A stretch of DNA of 64,000 nt from Chiloscyllium plagiosum. Taxonomy: Eukaryota. The DNA lies in assembly GCF_004010195.1 (NCBI RefSeq), contig NC_057756.1, positions 6,205,094 through 6,269,093 of the forward strand, written 5' to 3'. The notes beneath the pieces are model-generated. The model was given only the letters and a program-made list of their open reading frames with translations, did not search any database and was not told the origin of the DNA. Both the position numbers and the translations under genes were made by a program. Numbering within the stretch: position 1 is the stretch's first letter; the number at the start of each line of letters is the position of its first letter. This document shows positions 50,993-64,000 of the stretch, one piece after another.

Positions 50993-51556
50993 GAGTGCCA
51001 AAGTAACAGTGGGAGTGATTGACAGCGTGTCAGTTCCAGGGATATAGTTTGTTCTTGGGAATAATTTAGCAGGATCCATGGTGGGATCCTGGTCAAAAGA
51101 AGCCAAAGGAAGACCAGGGAACTGAGGAATTCAAAGAAAAATACCCTTTTTTTTTTACAGATAGTGTAGCAACAACATCCTCCTGTCATAAGTCACAGCA
51201 AGAAGCAAAAAATTAAGGAGAAAGGTGAAGGATTAGACTAGATTACTTACAGTGTGAAAACAGGCCCTTCGGCCGGAGTGCCAAAGTAACAGTGGGAGTG
51301 ATTGACAGCGTGTCAATTCCAGGGATACAGTTTGTTCTTGGGAATAATTTAGCAGGATCCATGGTGGGATCCTGGTCAAAAGAAGCCAAAGGAAGACCAG
51401 GGAACTGAGGAATTCAAAGAAAAATACCCTTTTTTTTTACAGATAGTGTAGCAACAAGATCCTCCTGTCATAAGTCACAGCAAGAAGCAAAAAAATTAAG
51501 GAGAAAGATAAAGGATTAGACTAGATTACTTCCAGTGTGAAAACAGGCCCTTCGGC
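50993..51556. repeat. Tandem duplication of about 280 bp spanning Gypsy sequence and a SINE tail
   Basis: ggagtgccaaagtaacagtggg...aaacaggcccttcggcc occurs twice. Confidence 0.9.
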
Positions 51557-51814
51557 CCAACAAGTCCACACAAACCCTCTGAACAGCAACCCATCCCCCT
51601 ACATTTACCCCTTCACCTAACATTACGGGCAATTTAGCACAGCCAATTCACCTAACTTGCACATCTTTGGACTGTGGGAAGAAACCGGAGAAAACCCACG
51701 CAGACACGGGGAGAATGTGCAAACTGCACACAGATGGCTGCCCGAGGTGGGAATTGAACGCAGGTCTCTGGCGCTGTGAGGCAATAGTGCTAAGCACTGA
51801 GCCACCGTGCCACC
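51515..51814 (-). mobile_element. HE1-type SINE
   Basis: SINE body and tail. Confidence 0.9.
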
Positions 51815-51954
51815 CACTAAGAAGTTGTGGTTCAATAAGCTGACACCCTGCTTGATGTAATGGTGCAGGAAAAACTTGAAGAGGTATCAGGTCAGGCAGA
51901 AGTGTTTAGTTCTGAAAAGCTAATGGAATTACAACAGAAAGACAAGACAATCGA

Positions 51955-53110
51955 AATAGAAAGGTACAGCGCAGAACAGGCCCTTTGGCCCACAATATTG
52001 TTCTGAGGATTAATCCTAATGTAAACTAAAAAAACTTAACCTACGCACCCCTCAATTCACTGCTATCCATGTGCATGCCCCTGCTCACTCTGCTTCCACC
52101 ACCACCACACTGGCAACGCATTCCATGCATTCACAGCTCTCTGCATAAAGAACCTTCCTCTGACGTCCCCTCTATACCTTTCTCCTAATATCTGAAAACT
52201 ATGACCCCTTGTGGCAGTCAATCCTACCCTGGGGAAAAGTCTCTAACTATTGACGCTATCCTCTCATTATCTTGTATACCTCGACCAGGTCACCTCTTTT
52301 CCTCCTTCTCTCCAGAGAGAAAAGTCCAAGCTTAGTCAACTTATCTTCATAAGGCAAGCCCTCCAGTCCAGGCAACATCCTGGTAAACCTTCTTTTCATC
52401 CTCTCCAAAGCCTCCGTATCTTTCCTATAGTAGGACAACCAGAACCGGACAGAATATTCTGAGTGTGGTCTCACCAGAGACTTGCAGGGCTGCAGCAAAA
52501 CCTCGTGGCTCTTAAACTCGATCCCTTGTTAATGAAAGTCAAAACACCATATGCTTTCTTAACAACCTTATCTACTTGGGTGGCAACTTTGAGGGAAATA
52601 TGTACTTGAACACCCAGATCCCTCTGCTCCTCCACACAGCCAAGAATCCTGTCCTTAATCTTATATTCAGCATTTGAGTTTGACTTTCCAAAATGCATTA
52701 CTTTGCGTTTATCCAGGTTGAACTCCATTTGCCATTTCTCAGCCCAGCTCCTGTCTATGTTGCGCTGCAGCCTACAAGAGCCCTCAATACTATCAACGGC
52801 ACCTCCAACCTTTGTGGCATCTGCAAATTTACTAACCCACCCTTCAACCTCCCCATCCAAGTCATTTATAAAAACTACAAAGAACAGAGGCCCAAGAACA
52901 GAGCCCTGCAGGACCCCACTCAACACTGACTTGCAGGCAGAATTCTTTCCATCTACAACCACTCTCTGCTTTCTGTCAGCCAACAAATTCTGAATCCAAA
53001 TAGCCAAATCTCCCTGTATCCCATACTTCCTGACTTTATGAATGAGCCTATCATAGGGAACTTTATCAAAAGCCTTGCTGAAGTCCACCAACACCACATC
53101 CACTGCTCTA
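51955..53110 (-). mobile_element. CR1/HER1 LINE nested in Gypsy C, followed by a (CA)n/(TG)n microsatellite to about 53160
   Basis: ORF 52471-53169 with [17 protein letters not shown] and NDLD motifs. Confidence 0.92.
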
Positions 53111-55294
53111 CACACACACACACACACACATATATTTATATATGTGTGTGTGTGTGCGTGTAGATGCATACTTAGAAAATGAATGAGAATGTATTCCTGA
53201 TTGTTATTATGTTAAAAAAAACGAAGATGAAAATAGAAACTACAGCAGGTTAGTGCAGAGGAGAAATGGGCAAAATGTACCAGATTGTGTTGCCAGTATA
53301 CAATCGGCAATTGTGTACTGATTATTATTGGAAGTATTATGTGGAGCACATGAATTACCATAAGAAGGTTACCTCGGCAGTGAGGAAAACTCGGGCAAAG
53401 GCACAAAAGTACTTCTATTAGGCTGGACTGCACAGGGATGTGGTTAAACTGGCAAGTAAGCCATAGATTGTAATAAAACCAGCACCTTTACTGCCAATTC
53501 CTGCATTCCACGCGGGTTATGATTGATTGTGTAGCCCCCTCCCTAAAAGTAAAAGTGGGAACTAGTACTTGCTAAACATAATGGATATGTCTCACAGACC
53601 TCCAGAGGCAATTCCATTATGGGGCATTAAGACAAAAAGGCTGGTGGAGGAGTTGATAGCTTTCTTTCCCCGCTATTAGCTACCCAGAGAGATTAGTCAG
53701 ACCAAGGGTCTAATTTTACTGCCAGGCTGTTTATAAGGAAGCTTAGGCAAACAGCAATTTAAAGGAAGTGTGCACTATGCTGAATCCCAGGGAGCTTTGG
53801 AAATGTGATAGCAGACCCCGAAGACTATGTTAAAAGCATACTGTCATGATTACTCAAATGATTGGGATAAAGGTATCCCATTTGTATTGTCTGTCATTAC
53901 AGATGCCCCAAACAAATCTACTGAGTTTACTCCCTTTGAGGTAATATTCGATATGACGTGAGAGGGCCTTTGAAACTAATTTTAGGAAAATTGATAGGAC
54001 CGAAGTCGGAGATTTCACACTTGGATTATTTATGTGAGGTGAGGAAGAGATTAAATTGGGTAGGCTAGTAAACTAAACATCACTTGAAGAGAGTACAGCA
54101 CAGAATGAAGAAGGTGGCAGATAAAAACTCTAAATTTCAGATATTTTCCTGTGGAGATGACAGACTACTGTTGTTCCCAGTGGTAGCAGATCCCTTGAAT
54201 GCTAGTTTTTGTGGTCCCTCTCAAATTAAGAAAAAGGTTGCCAGGTAAGCTATCTGGTAAAGACACCAAATAGAAAAACTTGTGTCAGGTATGTCATGTA
54301 AATGTGTTGAAATGTTACTATAATAGAGACAGGGAACTGGAGAAACAGGTGTTAGTTATTGCCACGCAAATTAAGGAATCAAATCCAGATGTTGTGGTGT
54401 ATGATGTGCCTCAAAGTACATTAAATAATGAGGAAGTCATTGAGGAGTGGGATAGGTTTGTGAACTATCTGTCGCAGGAGCAAAGGACTCAGTTGAAAAG
54501 TTTGTTGCAACAGTCTGAGGACATATGCAGGAATAAGATGGACAGGACTGATATTTTTGTGCATGAGGTGGAAGTAGGGAATTCTTTTCCAATAAAACAA
54601 CACCCTTTCAAATCCTTTCAAAGCCACACAGGTCCAGAAGGAAGGGGATGCAATGCTCAATGAAGATATCATTGAACCGAGTCAGAGTGAGTGGAGTTCA
54701 CCATTCATGTTAGTTTCCAAATCTGATGTGACTCAACAATTTTGTGAGGACTATAAGAAGGTCAAAACTGAATTCCTATCCAATACCAAGATTGGACGAC
54801 TGGAAAGAATTTTTTTCAAGCCACTTACATCATGAAGTTGGACTTACTGCGTGGTTATTGACAGGTATCTTTATCAGAGAAAATGCAGGAAGCTTCTGCA
54901 TTTGTAACCCCAAATGGGCTCTCTCAATTCAAAGTGATGTCCTTTTGAACGAAGAATGCACCAGCTACATTCTAAAGACTCATGAACAGAGTTGTGGCTG
55001 GATTAACAAACTTTGCAGTCTATCTGGATGATGAAGTGATACTTAATGAGTACAGTTGGCAGAGCTCTTTGAATGACTACGAGAATCAAAACTGGTAATA
55101 AACTTAACAAAACAGAATTTACGAAGTCAGAGGTGACATTGTTGGGACATAACATCTGTCATGGAAGGTTGCCTCCAAGGAACGTGAAGACAAAGGCCAT
55201 TGACGAATTTCCATGACCATCCTCAAAGAAAAAGGTGCTTTGATTTTTGGGACTAAGCGGATTCTACCAGAAAGATGTGCAAACTTCAGTACTA

Positions 55295-56960
55295 GACAAT
55301 AGACAATAGACAATAGACAATAGGTGCAGGAGTAGGCCATTCAGCCCTTCGAGCCTGCACTGCCATTCAATATGATCATGGCTGATCATTCCTAATCAGT
55401 ATCCTCTTCCTGCCTTATCTCCATAACCCCGATTCCACTATCTTTGAGAGCTCTATCCAACTCTTTCTTAAATGAATCCAGAGAGTGGGCCTCCACTGCC
55501 CTCTGGGGCAGAACATTCCACAAAGCTACCACTCTCTGGGTGAAGAAGTTTCTCCTCATCTCTGTCCTAAATGGTCTACCCCATATTTTTAAGCTGTGTC
55601 CTCTGGTTCGGCACTCACCCATCAGTGGAAAGATGTTTCCTACTGCCAGAGGGTCCAATCCTTTCATACAAGTCCAGTCGCTTCAGTCTTTCAGTGTAAG
55701 GTAATCCTGCCATTCCAGGAATTGACCTCGTGAACCTACGCTACACTCCCTCAATAGCCAGAATGTCTTTCCTCAAATTTGGAGACCAGAACTGCACACA
55801 ATACTCCAGGTGTGGTCTCACCAGGGCCCTGTACAGCTGCACAAGAACCTCTTTGCTTCTATACTCAATCACTCTTGTTATGAAGGCCAGCATGCTATTA
55901 GCCTTCTTCACTACCCGCTGTACCTGCATGCTTACCTTCATTGACTGATGTACAAGAACACCTAGATCTCGTTGTACTGCCCCTTTACCTAANNNNNNNN
56001 NNNNNNNNNNNNNNNNNNNNNNNNNNNNNNNNNNNNNNNNNNNNNNNNNNNNNNNNNNNNNNNNNNNNNNNNNNNNNNNNNNNNNNNNNNNNNNNNNNNN
56101 NNNNNNNNNNNNNNNNNNNNNNNNNNNNNNNNNNNNNNNNNNNNNNNNTCAGCCAACCAACTTTCAATCCAAGTTAGTACTTTGCCCCCAATACCATGCG
56201 CCCTAATTTTATTCACTAACCTCCTGTGTGGGACTTTATCAAAAGCTTTCTGAAAGTCTAGGTACACTACATCTCCCTCGTCCAACTTTAGAGTTACATC
56301 CTCAAAAAATTTAAGAAGATTAGTCAAGCATGATTTCTCCTTCATAAATCCATGCTGACTCTGTCCTATCCTGTTACTACTATCCAGATGTGCCGTAATT
56401 TCATCCTTTATAGTAGACTCCAGCATCTTTCCCACCACTGAGGTCAGACTAACTGGTCTATAATTTCCTGCTTTCTCTCGCCCACCTTTCTTAAAAAGTG
56501 GTATAACATTAGCTACCCTCCAATCCTCAGGAACCAACCCCGAATTTATTGAACTCTGGAAAATAATCACCAAGCATCCACGATTTCCCGAGCCACCTCC
56601 TTCAGTACCCTGGGATGCAGACCATCAAGCCCCGGAGACTTATCAACCTTCAGACCTAACAGTCTCTCCAACACCAAATCCTGGCAAATATAAATTCCCT
56701 TAAGTTCCGGTCCTTCAGCCACTGTTACCTCAGGGAGATTGCTTGTGTCTTCCCCAGTGAACACAGATCTGAAGTACCCATTTAATTCCTCTGCCATTTC
56801 TTTGTACCTAGTAATATATTCCCCTGTTTCTGTCTTCAAGGGCCCAATTTTGGTCCTAACCATTTTTTTGCCTTGCACATACCTATCCTCCTTAATATTC
56901 TTAGCCAGTTTACCTTCGTACCTCATTTTTCCTCTGCGTCTTTCCTTCTTAGTAATCCTG
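55295..56960 (-). mobile_element. CR1 LINE nested in the RT of Gypsy C
   Basis: ORFs 55989-56573 and 56567-56926 carry CR1 RT motifs; (tagacaa)n tail at 55292-55322. Confidence 0.92.
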
Positions 56961-58339
56961 TGGTGGTATCACTAACAGATGTACGAAAAAAGAAAAATTT
57001 TGGTGGACAGAAAAATTCCAGGAGGCATTTGAGAATTTAGAAGCAGTAATAGCCACTGCACCAGTTTTAGCTACACCAAAATTTTTGAAACCCTTCAAAA
57101 TTGCAATCGATGTTAGCAACATAGAAGTTGAGCTGTCCTGCTACAGCAAGATGATGGAACTGAGTGGCCAGTTGGCTACTTTTCAAAGAAATTCAACACC
57201 CACCGGAGAAAATACTTTACCATCAAAAAAGGATTATTAAGTTTAGTACTGGCCTTACAACATTTTAATGGTTATGTGACAAGCAATGTGCCAAGAAATG
57301 TATGTACACTGACCACAATCCTCTTACAGACTTGGAAAGATTTAAAGACAAAAATATGAAACTATTTCATTGTAATCTTATGTTAGAGACATTGTGCATG
57401 TTATGGGTCATAGAAAATGTAATAGCAGATAGGTTATCGTGGATTTAAAAGGAAAAAGTGGAGATAATATTTGACAGATTCCAATGTTATATATGTGTGC
57501 AGAAATTAAAATGAAAAGTATAACTTAAATTAATGACCTATGTATTTCATTGAAATGGGATTAAGAATTAAAAGCAAAATCTTTTCATTGTGATGGTTCA
57601 TTTTTTTCTTTAAGGGGGTGAGGGGTTATGAAGTTGAAGGCACGTACTGTACCTTTAAGAGATAATGAATGGTCTTCTGAACTGAGAGTTAACAAGCACC
57701 TCTGTATGTGACTAGGTGGCAGTCCCAGAGTGTACTGGAAATTAAAAATATGTAACATTTGCCTGTGAAATGCACAACTGAGGTTTGGTTGTTGTTTTGA
57801 CAATTCAAATTTAACCAGTTTAAATTATGCTCCAGGATTCTAAAACTCAACTGAGTTTGAATTTATTCTTTTGCCAATATCAAACCAATGAGATGATCTG
57901 ATATTGAGGGGGATATAAAATGTGGACCTTTTGAAAATTGGTCAGAGAGAGCAATTGCCATCAAGATAGATAAGCCTGGAGATCTAATATCTTGCTTTCC
58001 AAGAAATTAGGAACCACTCCCTATTAAAGGTACCTTTTCATATGAAGCATCCTCGCAATAAGATAAGACTATAATCCAGGGAGATCTTCAGCCAGAAGAA
58101 GACAGACATAGAAGATGACAGCGGCTGTATGGTTTTGAAATTAAGTTGATGTAATTTTAATAAGTGTCTTATTGTTATAGAGTTAGAGGCAAATAATAAG
58201 CAGTTAAGAGAAAGGGGAGGGGCTTAGAGTTAAGAACAGTTGTTTTCTAATGTTCCCTTTTAGAGTTAAAACATAAATTGATGTTACTTTCTTCAAATAG
58301 TGGGAATTGGGAGTTCTCTGTCACTCATATTTTAAACAT

Positions 58340-58552
58340 GATTCGGAGATGCCGGTGTTGGACTGGGGTGTACAAAGTTAAAAATCACACAACACCAGGT
58401 TATAGTCCAACAGGTTTAATTGGGAGCACACTAGCTTTCGGAGTGACGCTCCTTCTTCAGGTGATTGCCTGATGAAGAAGTGTCGCTCCGAAAGCTAGTG
58501 TGCTCCCAATTAAACCTGTTGGACTATAACCTGGTGTTGCGTGATTTTTAAT
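58340..58552. repeat. Palindromic short repeat (probably Penelope-derived) in the 3' LTR of Gypsy C
   Basis: 58378-58462 is the reverse complement of about 58468-58552. The same family appears at 20491-20530. Confidence 0.75.
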
Positions 58553-61500
58553 ATTTTAAACAAATTATGTGGCGAGGTGAACTTTTCTCGGGTTTAAGTG
58601 ACAGAGGGGCTGACCTCCATGTCACAATAAAAGTTCTCCCTGTTATCATTTATTCCAGTTTTCTTTGAGCTTCTTCATGCCACACTTGAACAAATGAAGC
58701 CTTGATGTCAAGGGCAGTGACTCACACCTCACTTCTAGAAATCAGTTATTTTGTCGGAGGGTTACTGTGGACTTGTTGGGCCAAATGGCCTGATTCCACA
58801 CTGTTGGGATTCTATGAAGTATCCTGGTGAACTCCAAGTGTAGTATTAGTGTGTAGGTTATTGCCAATGTTATGAACCAGACCAAAAGTCTCAAACCATG
58901 TTATTGGATATAGCCTAAACCCTAATGTTTTCTTATTCTAATTGCAAGTGCCAGGCATTGTACACCAGAAGCAATTGGATTTGTTTAACTGCCAGGCTTT
59001 AAGCACATTTTATTCATACACTATCTCATTAAAATACAACAAGGGAAAGAAGAATTGGAATAACTCAACTCTACTGGAAAACTTAACACAATAATACATC
59101 ATTTAACTACTAAACAACAACTATTCCAATATAGTACTATCCAATAAATATAATCTTGGCAAGGCAAATACAGCGAAATAGATTATTTCACATGCAATTC
59201 TAGAGAACTCAAGCTTTTCGCTGTAGCAAAGACAGATGGAACAGCTTACACAATCGTAACAGCTACTGAAAGCTAAAACCATAAACTCCCGGTTTTCTGG
59301 AAAGTTGCCTCACTCACTCAGGTTGCTTCTAGCGTTCCAAACATTTAAATAAAAACCAAAGCCTCACAAGTTGTTTACTTTATTGAGCTGAAACAGACTG
59401 ATCGTTACCTCTGTCTCAACTGCTGTTGATAAAAATAGGACAAAATACACCTTTTAAAGCCACATCTCCCTAAAAAAAAACATCAATATAAAAAGTTCGC
59501 TTCATTTTTAAAAATCTTTAGCCTCACGCTATTAATACACTACAATACATGTACAATACATTGGCATTAAGCATGCAAACATTCAGTAATTTGGTCCATG
59601 TCAGTTTGTTTCGTTACCCCAATATCGAATGCCTGTCTTCCTTTAAAGATGCAACAACGCTTTTACAATTATGTTCGCTCGTCCTGCCACGTGTATACTT
59701 TTCAAACTGAATGGCTGCAATTAGCTCCATTTAAAACTTCTGGTATTTTCATCCTTAAATTTTTCCAAAGATTTTAAGAGGTTATGATCAGTATATATAT
59801 ATTCTTTTTAAGCCAGATTGAATATAAATTTTGAAATATTGCAATGCCAACACCAAACTTTAGGTCTCCTCATCCGTACAATACTTCTGTTGATGAATAT
59901 TCAATTTTCTGGAAAAAATTCTATCCTCTTGTTGTTTTCTTGCAAGAGTATAGCACTGACACCACTCACATCAATAGCTACTTTGAATGGCTTTGAATAA
60001 TTAAGTATGGCTAACATTTTGGCAGCGAATAACAGAGCCTTCTGACATTCCTCTGTGCACTGAAATTTTCTGAACTTCTTCAACAGGTCTTTGATGCCAC
60101 CATTCTAAAGCTCCTTGCGTTTACAGAATGGTATGCAGTAAATTTGAATTGTGATAGTCCGAAGCTATCTAAAACTTTCTTGAATAGTTTGATGTAAAAT
60201 CTGACCCTTGATCCAGTTGTCCATATTTGGTAAAGCATTTTGAGTAATTCTTCTACAATCTTCTTAAGCCAAAGCCGTGATTCTGAGTAATGGAATGGCC
60301 TCTGGAAATTTAGTAGACACATCCATTATGGTTAACGAATACTGATTCCCACTTTTTATTTTAGGTAGGGGTCCAACACAATCAATTAAGACTCATGTGA
60401 AAGGTTCCTCATATGCAGGAATGGTATTAAAGGTTTATCACTGTTGGAGAATTTCCAATTACCTGATGCGCATGACAAGTTCGCCAAAAGTCAATCACAT
60501 CCTTATGCAGTCCAGGCCAATTATTTCTATATTTTGGTTTGAGTTTTTGTTACTCCCAAATGACCTCTGCCATTAATTCAGGTGCTACCCACAGCACCTT
60601 CTTTCAATTACCCACCGATAATACAACATGATGGACTTCTGCCCATTTCTCATCCTCCTGATTCTGTGATGGTCTCCATTTCATCAAGACTTTATTTTTA
60701 AAAATAGTAATGTTTTGAGATACACTCAGAATCTTCAGCTGTGTATGTTGTTTGATACAATTGATTTAGTTTTTCATCTTTCCTTTGTAACTCAGCTACT
60801 TTCTCTGAACTAACAATATCCACTTTGTCCTCCAGCTGTTCTTAATTTTTCTCAACCATTTAATGAAACTTGGTCTGTTAAATGTGCTTCAACTTCCTTA
60901 TCTTTACTCCTTGATTTCTCCTTTTGCTTCAATCTGTGGCTTTGTGACCTTGTCAACACACAGTTGGAAAAATCCCAGGATATCAGTTGCCTGATTTTCT
61001 ACTGGCTTTTCAACTACAGTAGACATCACCTTCAACTATGGTCCAGCTATCATCATTACCAAGGATGACATGTATTACCAGAACTAAGAATTTCTCTAAT
61101 ACACAGATCACCACTTTTCACTGGACACTCCAAACTCACTTTATATAATGGAACGCTGCTCTTCTCACCATGAATTCCACAAATTGCCACCTTTTCTGGC
61201 AATACTACTTCCAATGTACATTATTCATCATTTATCACCTTCAAAGATTGACTTGCTCCAGCATTTCTTAAACCTGCTCCTCCTGACATATATGAGTAAA
61301 CCTTACCCTTGTAGGTAAATTCTTTAAAGAAATCTGGCACTTTCTTCTAAACCAAGCCCTGATTAACTTGTACATTCTGGTGCAGCTTTCTAACTTCCTC
61401 TGTGCTTTCCTTTACCACTTCAACAAACCTCACTGGTTTATGCTGTTTTCCCATATCCGTCTTCCCAATGCTTTTTCAAAACCACCCACACTGTGACTTC

Positions 61501-61802
61501 ATGTGGCCTACTTTATTACAGTGAAAACACCTGAACTTTTCCACTTATCTTTTTCCCCAATGGGGTTCCATTTTACCCTGTGATAAACTATCTTGATAAT
61601 CTTCAAAGAGATCTCATTTTCCATTACTACCCGAGGATTTCTCTATTCCTCAGTGATAAACTATCTTGATCATCTTCAAAGAGATCTCCTTTTCCATTAC
61701 TACCCGAGGATTTCTCTATTCCTCAATTCTATCTCTCACAGATTGAAGTCGATGATTAGATTAGATTCTCTTAGATTTTGGAAAAGTGCAGTAGTAACAA
61801 GG

Positions 61803-62072
61803 TTAGATTAGATTCCCTACAATGTGGAAACAGGCCATTCGGCCCAACAAGTCAACACTGACCATCCGAAGAGTAACCCACCCAGACTCAGTTCCCTCTG
61901 ACTAATGCACTGAACACTGTGGGCAATTTACCATGGTCAATCCACTTGACCTGAACATCTTTGGACTGTGGGAGGAAACTGGAGCAGCTGGAGGAAACAC
62001 GCAGAACGAGGAGAATGTGCAAACTCCACACAGACAGTCGCCCGAGGCTAGAATCAAACCTGGGTCCCACTG
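61803..62072 (-). mobile_element. HE1-type SINE, 5'-truncated, inside Gypsy D
   Basis: SINE body and tail. Confidence 0.88.
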
Positions 62073-62119
62073 TTTTAGAGTCCGATAATCCTATAACCAA
62101 CCTGGAATTACTGGTTTTG

Positions 62120-62137
62120 ATTCCAGATGAGCCCCCA
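62120..62137 (-). promoter_or_regulatory. Primer-binding site of Gypsy D, tRNA-Pro type
   Basis: Minus strand reads TGGGGGCTCATCTGGAAT directly after the 5' LTR, 15/18 identical to the tRNA-Pro PBS TGGGGGCTCGTCCGGGAT. Confidence 0.75.
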
Positions 62138-63149
62138 GTCATGATGGGCCAGACAAAACCACTCAAAATATGTTGAAGAGAGTGCGTTAATCATAGCATT
62201 TATTTTAAGAGATTCGTGCTAGGTGTTGCATTCTGGATGCAATTTGATTCATTAAACTACCAGGCTTGAACAGAAAAAAACACTTTATTCATACAATATA
62301 GTTAAAACACAACAAAAGAAAGAAGCATTTGAGCAGCTTAACTCTATTGGAAAACTTTCAAGATTAATATTTTATTTAACTAGTTCCAATATAATAACAT
62401 TCCAGAAACACACCTTTGACAAAGGCAAAGTCAGTAAAATAGATTGTCTCACATGCAATTCTAGCAGCAGGAAATAATCCAAGGTTTTAGCTCTAGTAAA
62501 AGGAGAGATCTAGCAGCTTTTACAACCCAACAGCTACTGAAAACTAAACTAAAATTCCTGGTTCCATGGGAGTCTCACAGCTGTTTACTTTATTGACCTG
62601 AAGCAGACTGCTCATGACCTGTCTTAACCTTCCTGTATAAAAATCACCACAGGACACAATGCACCTTCTAAAGCCTTAGTATTATTATACTGAGCAGGGT
62701 TTTCTTGATAGCATTCTTGATGACTTCATCCATCAGTTCACTTATTCAAGAACACAGCTCACCACCACCTTCTCAAGGGCCAATCGGGATAGGCTACCAA
62801 TGTTGGCGAGCCAGCAACGCCCAAGTCCCATAAATGAATTTTTAAAAACATATGATCCTTTTGTCCAATGTGTATAATTACTGGGACTACAGGATGGGAA
62901 AATGGTGTGTCCAAAGTAGTGTCTTTACTGGGAGTGCTGGATGGGAGAATAGTGTTTACTAATTATGTTGCATACTATGTTGCGGCAAAGGCAGTCATTT
63001 TATATATTGGAACACTTTGACTGTTCATAGCAGCATGCCAAGTATTTTGCAGGTTGAGTGTAATCAACAATAACAGCACTATTAAAAGTGATAATTAATA
63101 CTCATATTATACAACTAGAATCCTCAGTCAACATACTTTTATGCTCAAA

Positions 63150-63297
63150 GTTTGTGCGAAGATTTGTAGCTCGGGTGCTCGTTGTTGTGGTTCTGTTCGC
63201 CGAGCTGGAAGTTTTTGTTGCAAACGATGATGTCGCCTAGCCAGGGGACAAAACGTTTGCAGCAAAAACTTCCAGCTCGGTGAACAGAACCACAACA
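63150..63297. repeat. Short palindromic repeat element
   Basis: gttgtggttctgttcgccgagctggaagtttttgttgcaaacg pairs with cgtttgcagcaaaaacttccagctcggtgaacagaaccacaac. Confidence 0.7.
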
Positions 63298-63804
63298 TAC
63301 TTTTATGCTTCCACCCCGCCACCCCAAAGTCATATTAGTCACAGATTCAATATTAGATTTTCTGTCCTAATAGTACTCGCCAGGTTTTCATATTGCTACA
63401 ATGTGAGATTGGACATGACATTGACAGGATGCAGAGCTGGTCTGAGAAGCGGCAGATGGAACTCGAAACATTCAAGCTCCTTATTTTCTCATTCTCTTGC
63501 CGTGGATATAATTGCTTACTGTCTTTACGTTTTCCTTAGCTTTTTTGATGAATTCGACTGCTCGCAAGGTCAGGTTGAATATTTGCAAAGTTCAGCAGCA
63601 TCTGCCTGGCCTGCTGTGTTTTTCCAGCATCACATTTTTCAACTCTGGTTTCCAGCATCTGCAGTCCTCACTTTCTCCTATTTGCAAAGTTCAGCAAAGC
63701 CAAGTTGTCTCCTCGACTGCAATATTCAGCAAAGCATTAAATTTAGCAAAGCATTCTCTTAAAGATTTCATAGTAAATGTTAATTTTGTTAATTTTCGAT
63801 TACA

Positions 63805-64000
63805 GTGTGGAAGAACAGTGGAGTCTTCTGGTCCATGTACATACATCCCTCAAAGTTGCCACCCAAGTTGATAGGGTTGTTAAGAAGGACCATGGTGTGT
63901 TGGCTTTCATTAACAGGGGGACTGAGTTTAACAGCTGCGCAGTTTTTGCTGCAGCTCTATAAAACCCTGGTTAGCCCACATTTGGAATATTGTGTCCAGT
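63805..64000 (+). mobile_element. CR1 RT fragment running off the window end
   Basis: SLKVATQVDRVVKK..GVLAFINRG...LVSPHLEYCVQ. Confidence 0.85.

Larger units (their letters stand above)
47916..58629 (+). mobile_element. Gmr1-like Gypsy element C, structurally full length but decayed, with nested CR1s, SINEs and a palindromic repeat
   Basis: 5' LTR about 47916-49198 and 3' LTR about 57624-58629 preceded by polypurine tract ttaagggggtgagg; agag/aaag target-site duplication. Order is gag (from about 49625), protease (about 50880), integrase (about 53200-54300), RT (about 54600-55290), RNase H (about 57050-57450). Confidence 0.9.
58868..62689 (-). mobile_element. Gmr1-like Gypsy element D with both LTRs and internal deletions
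   Basis: LTRs at about 62139-62689 and 58868-59463; zinc knuckle CFHCNKVGHMKSQC at about 61488-61530; integrase remnants then RNase H (PFKVAIDVSGVSAILLQE). Confidence 0.88.

Noticed and set aside
63280..63871. 160-aa and 119-aa ORFs near the window end
   Set aside because: Mosaic of short repeats with no domain similarity or splice pattern that I can recognise.

Overview
Repeat-rich vertebrate genomic DNA from a cartilaginous fish. HE1-type SINEs with (TCTAA)n tails, HER1/CR1 LINEs, Penelope fragments and a 33-bp minisatellite suggest a shark, probably a carpet or bamboo shark (inference). The window has six assembly gaps. One multi-exon host gene is clear on the + strand: a Siglec-family I-type lectin. 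Its exons encode a signal peptide (5977-6016), a V-set domain retaining the sialic-acid-binding Arg (13140-13505), a C2 domain (24871-25164) and three near-duplicate C2 domains (26446-26727, 28053-28334, 34159-34440), all joined by phase-1 GT-AG introns. No transmembrane or ITIM exon is visible downstream. The next coding exon I can recognise on the same strand is absent from the ORF track: a phase-1 terminal exon (45157-45296) encoding a six-cysteine beta-defensin-like peptide, followed by AATAAA. It is either the last exon of a separate shark beta-defensin gene whose leader exon is not visible, or the C-terminus of a secreted Siglec-defensin fusion. A 500-N gap at 35251-35750 prevents deciding between these. 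The rest is nested, decayed transposons, including four Gmr1-like Gypsy elements with integrase before reverse transcriptase. Repeat boundaries are approximate; exon boundaries were read base by base.
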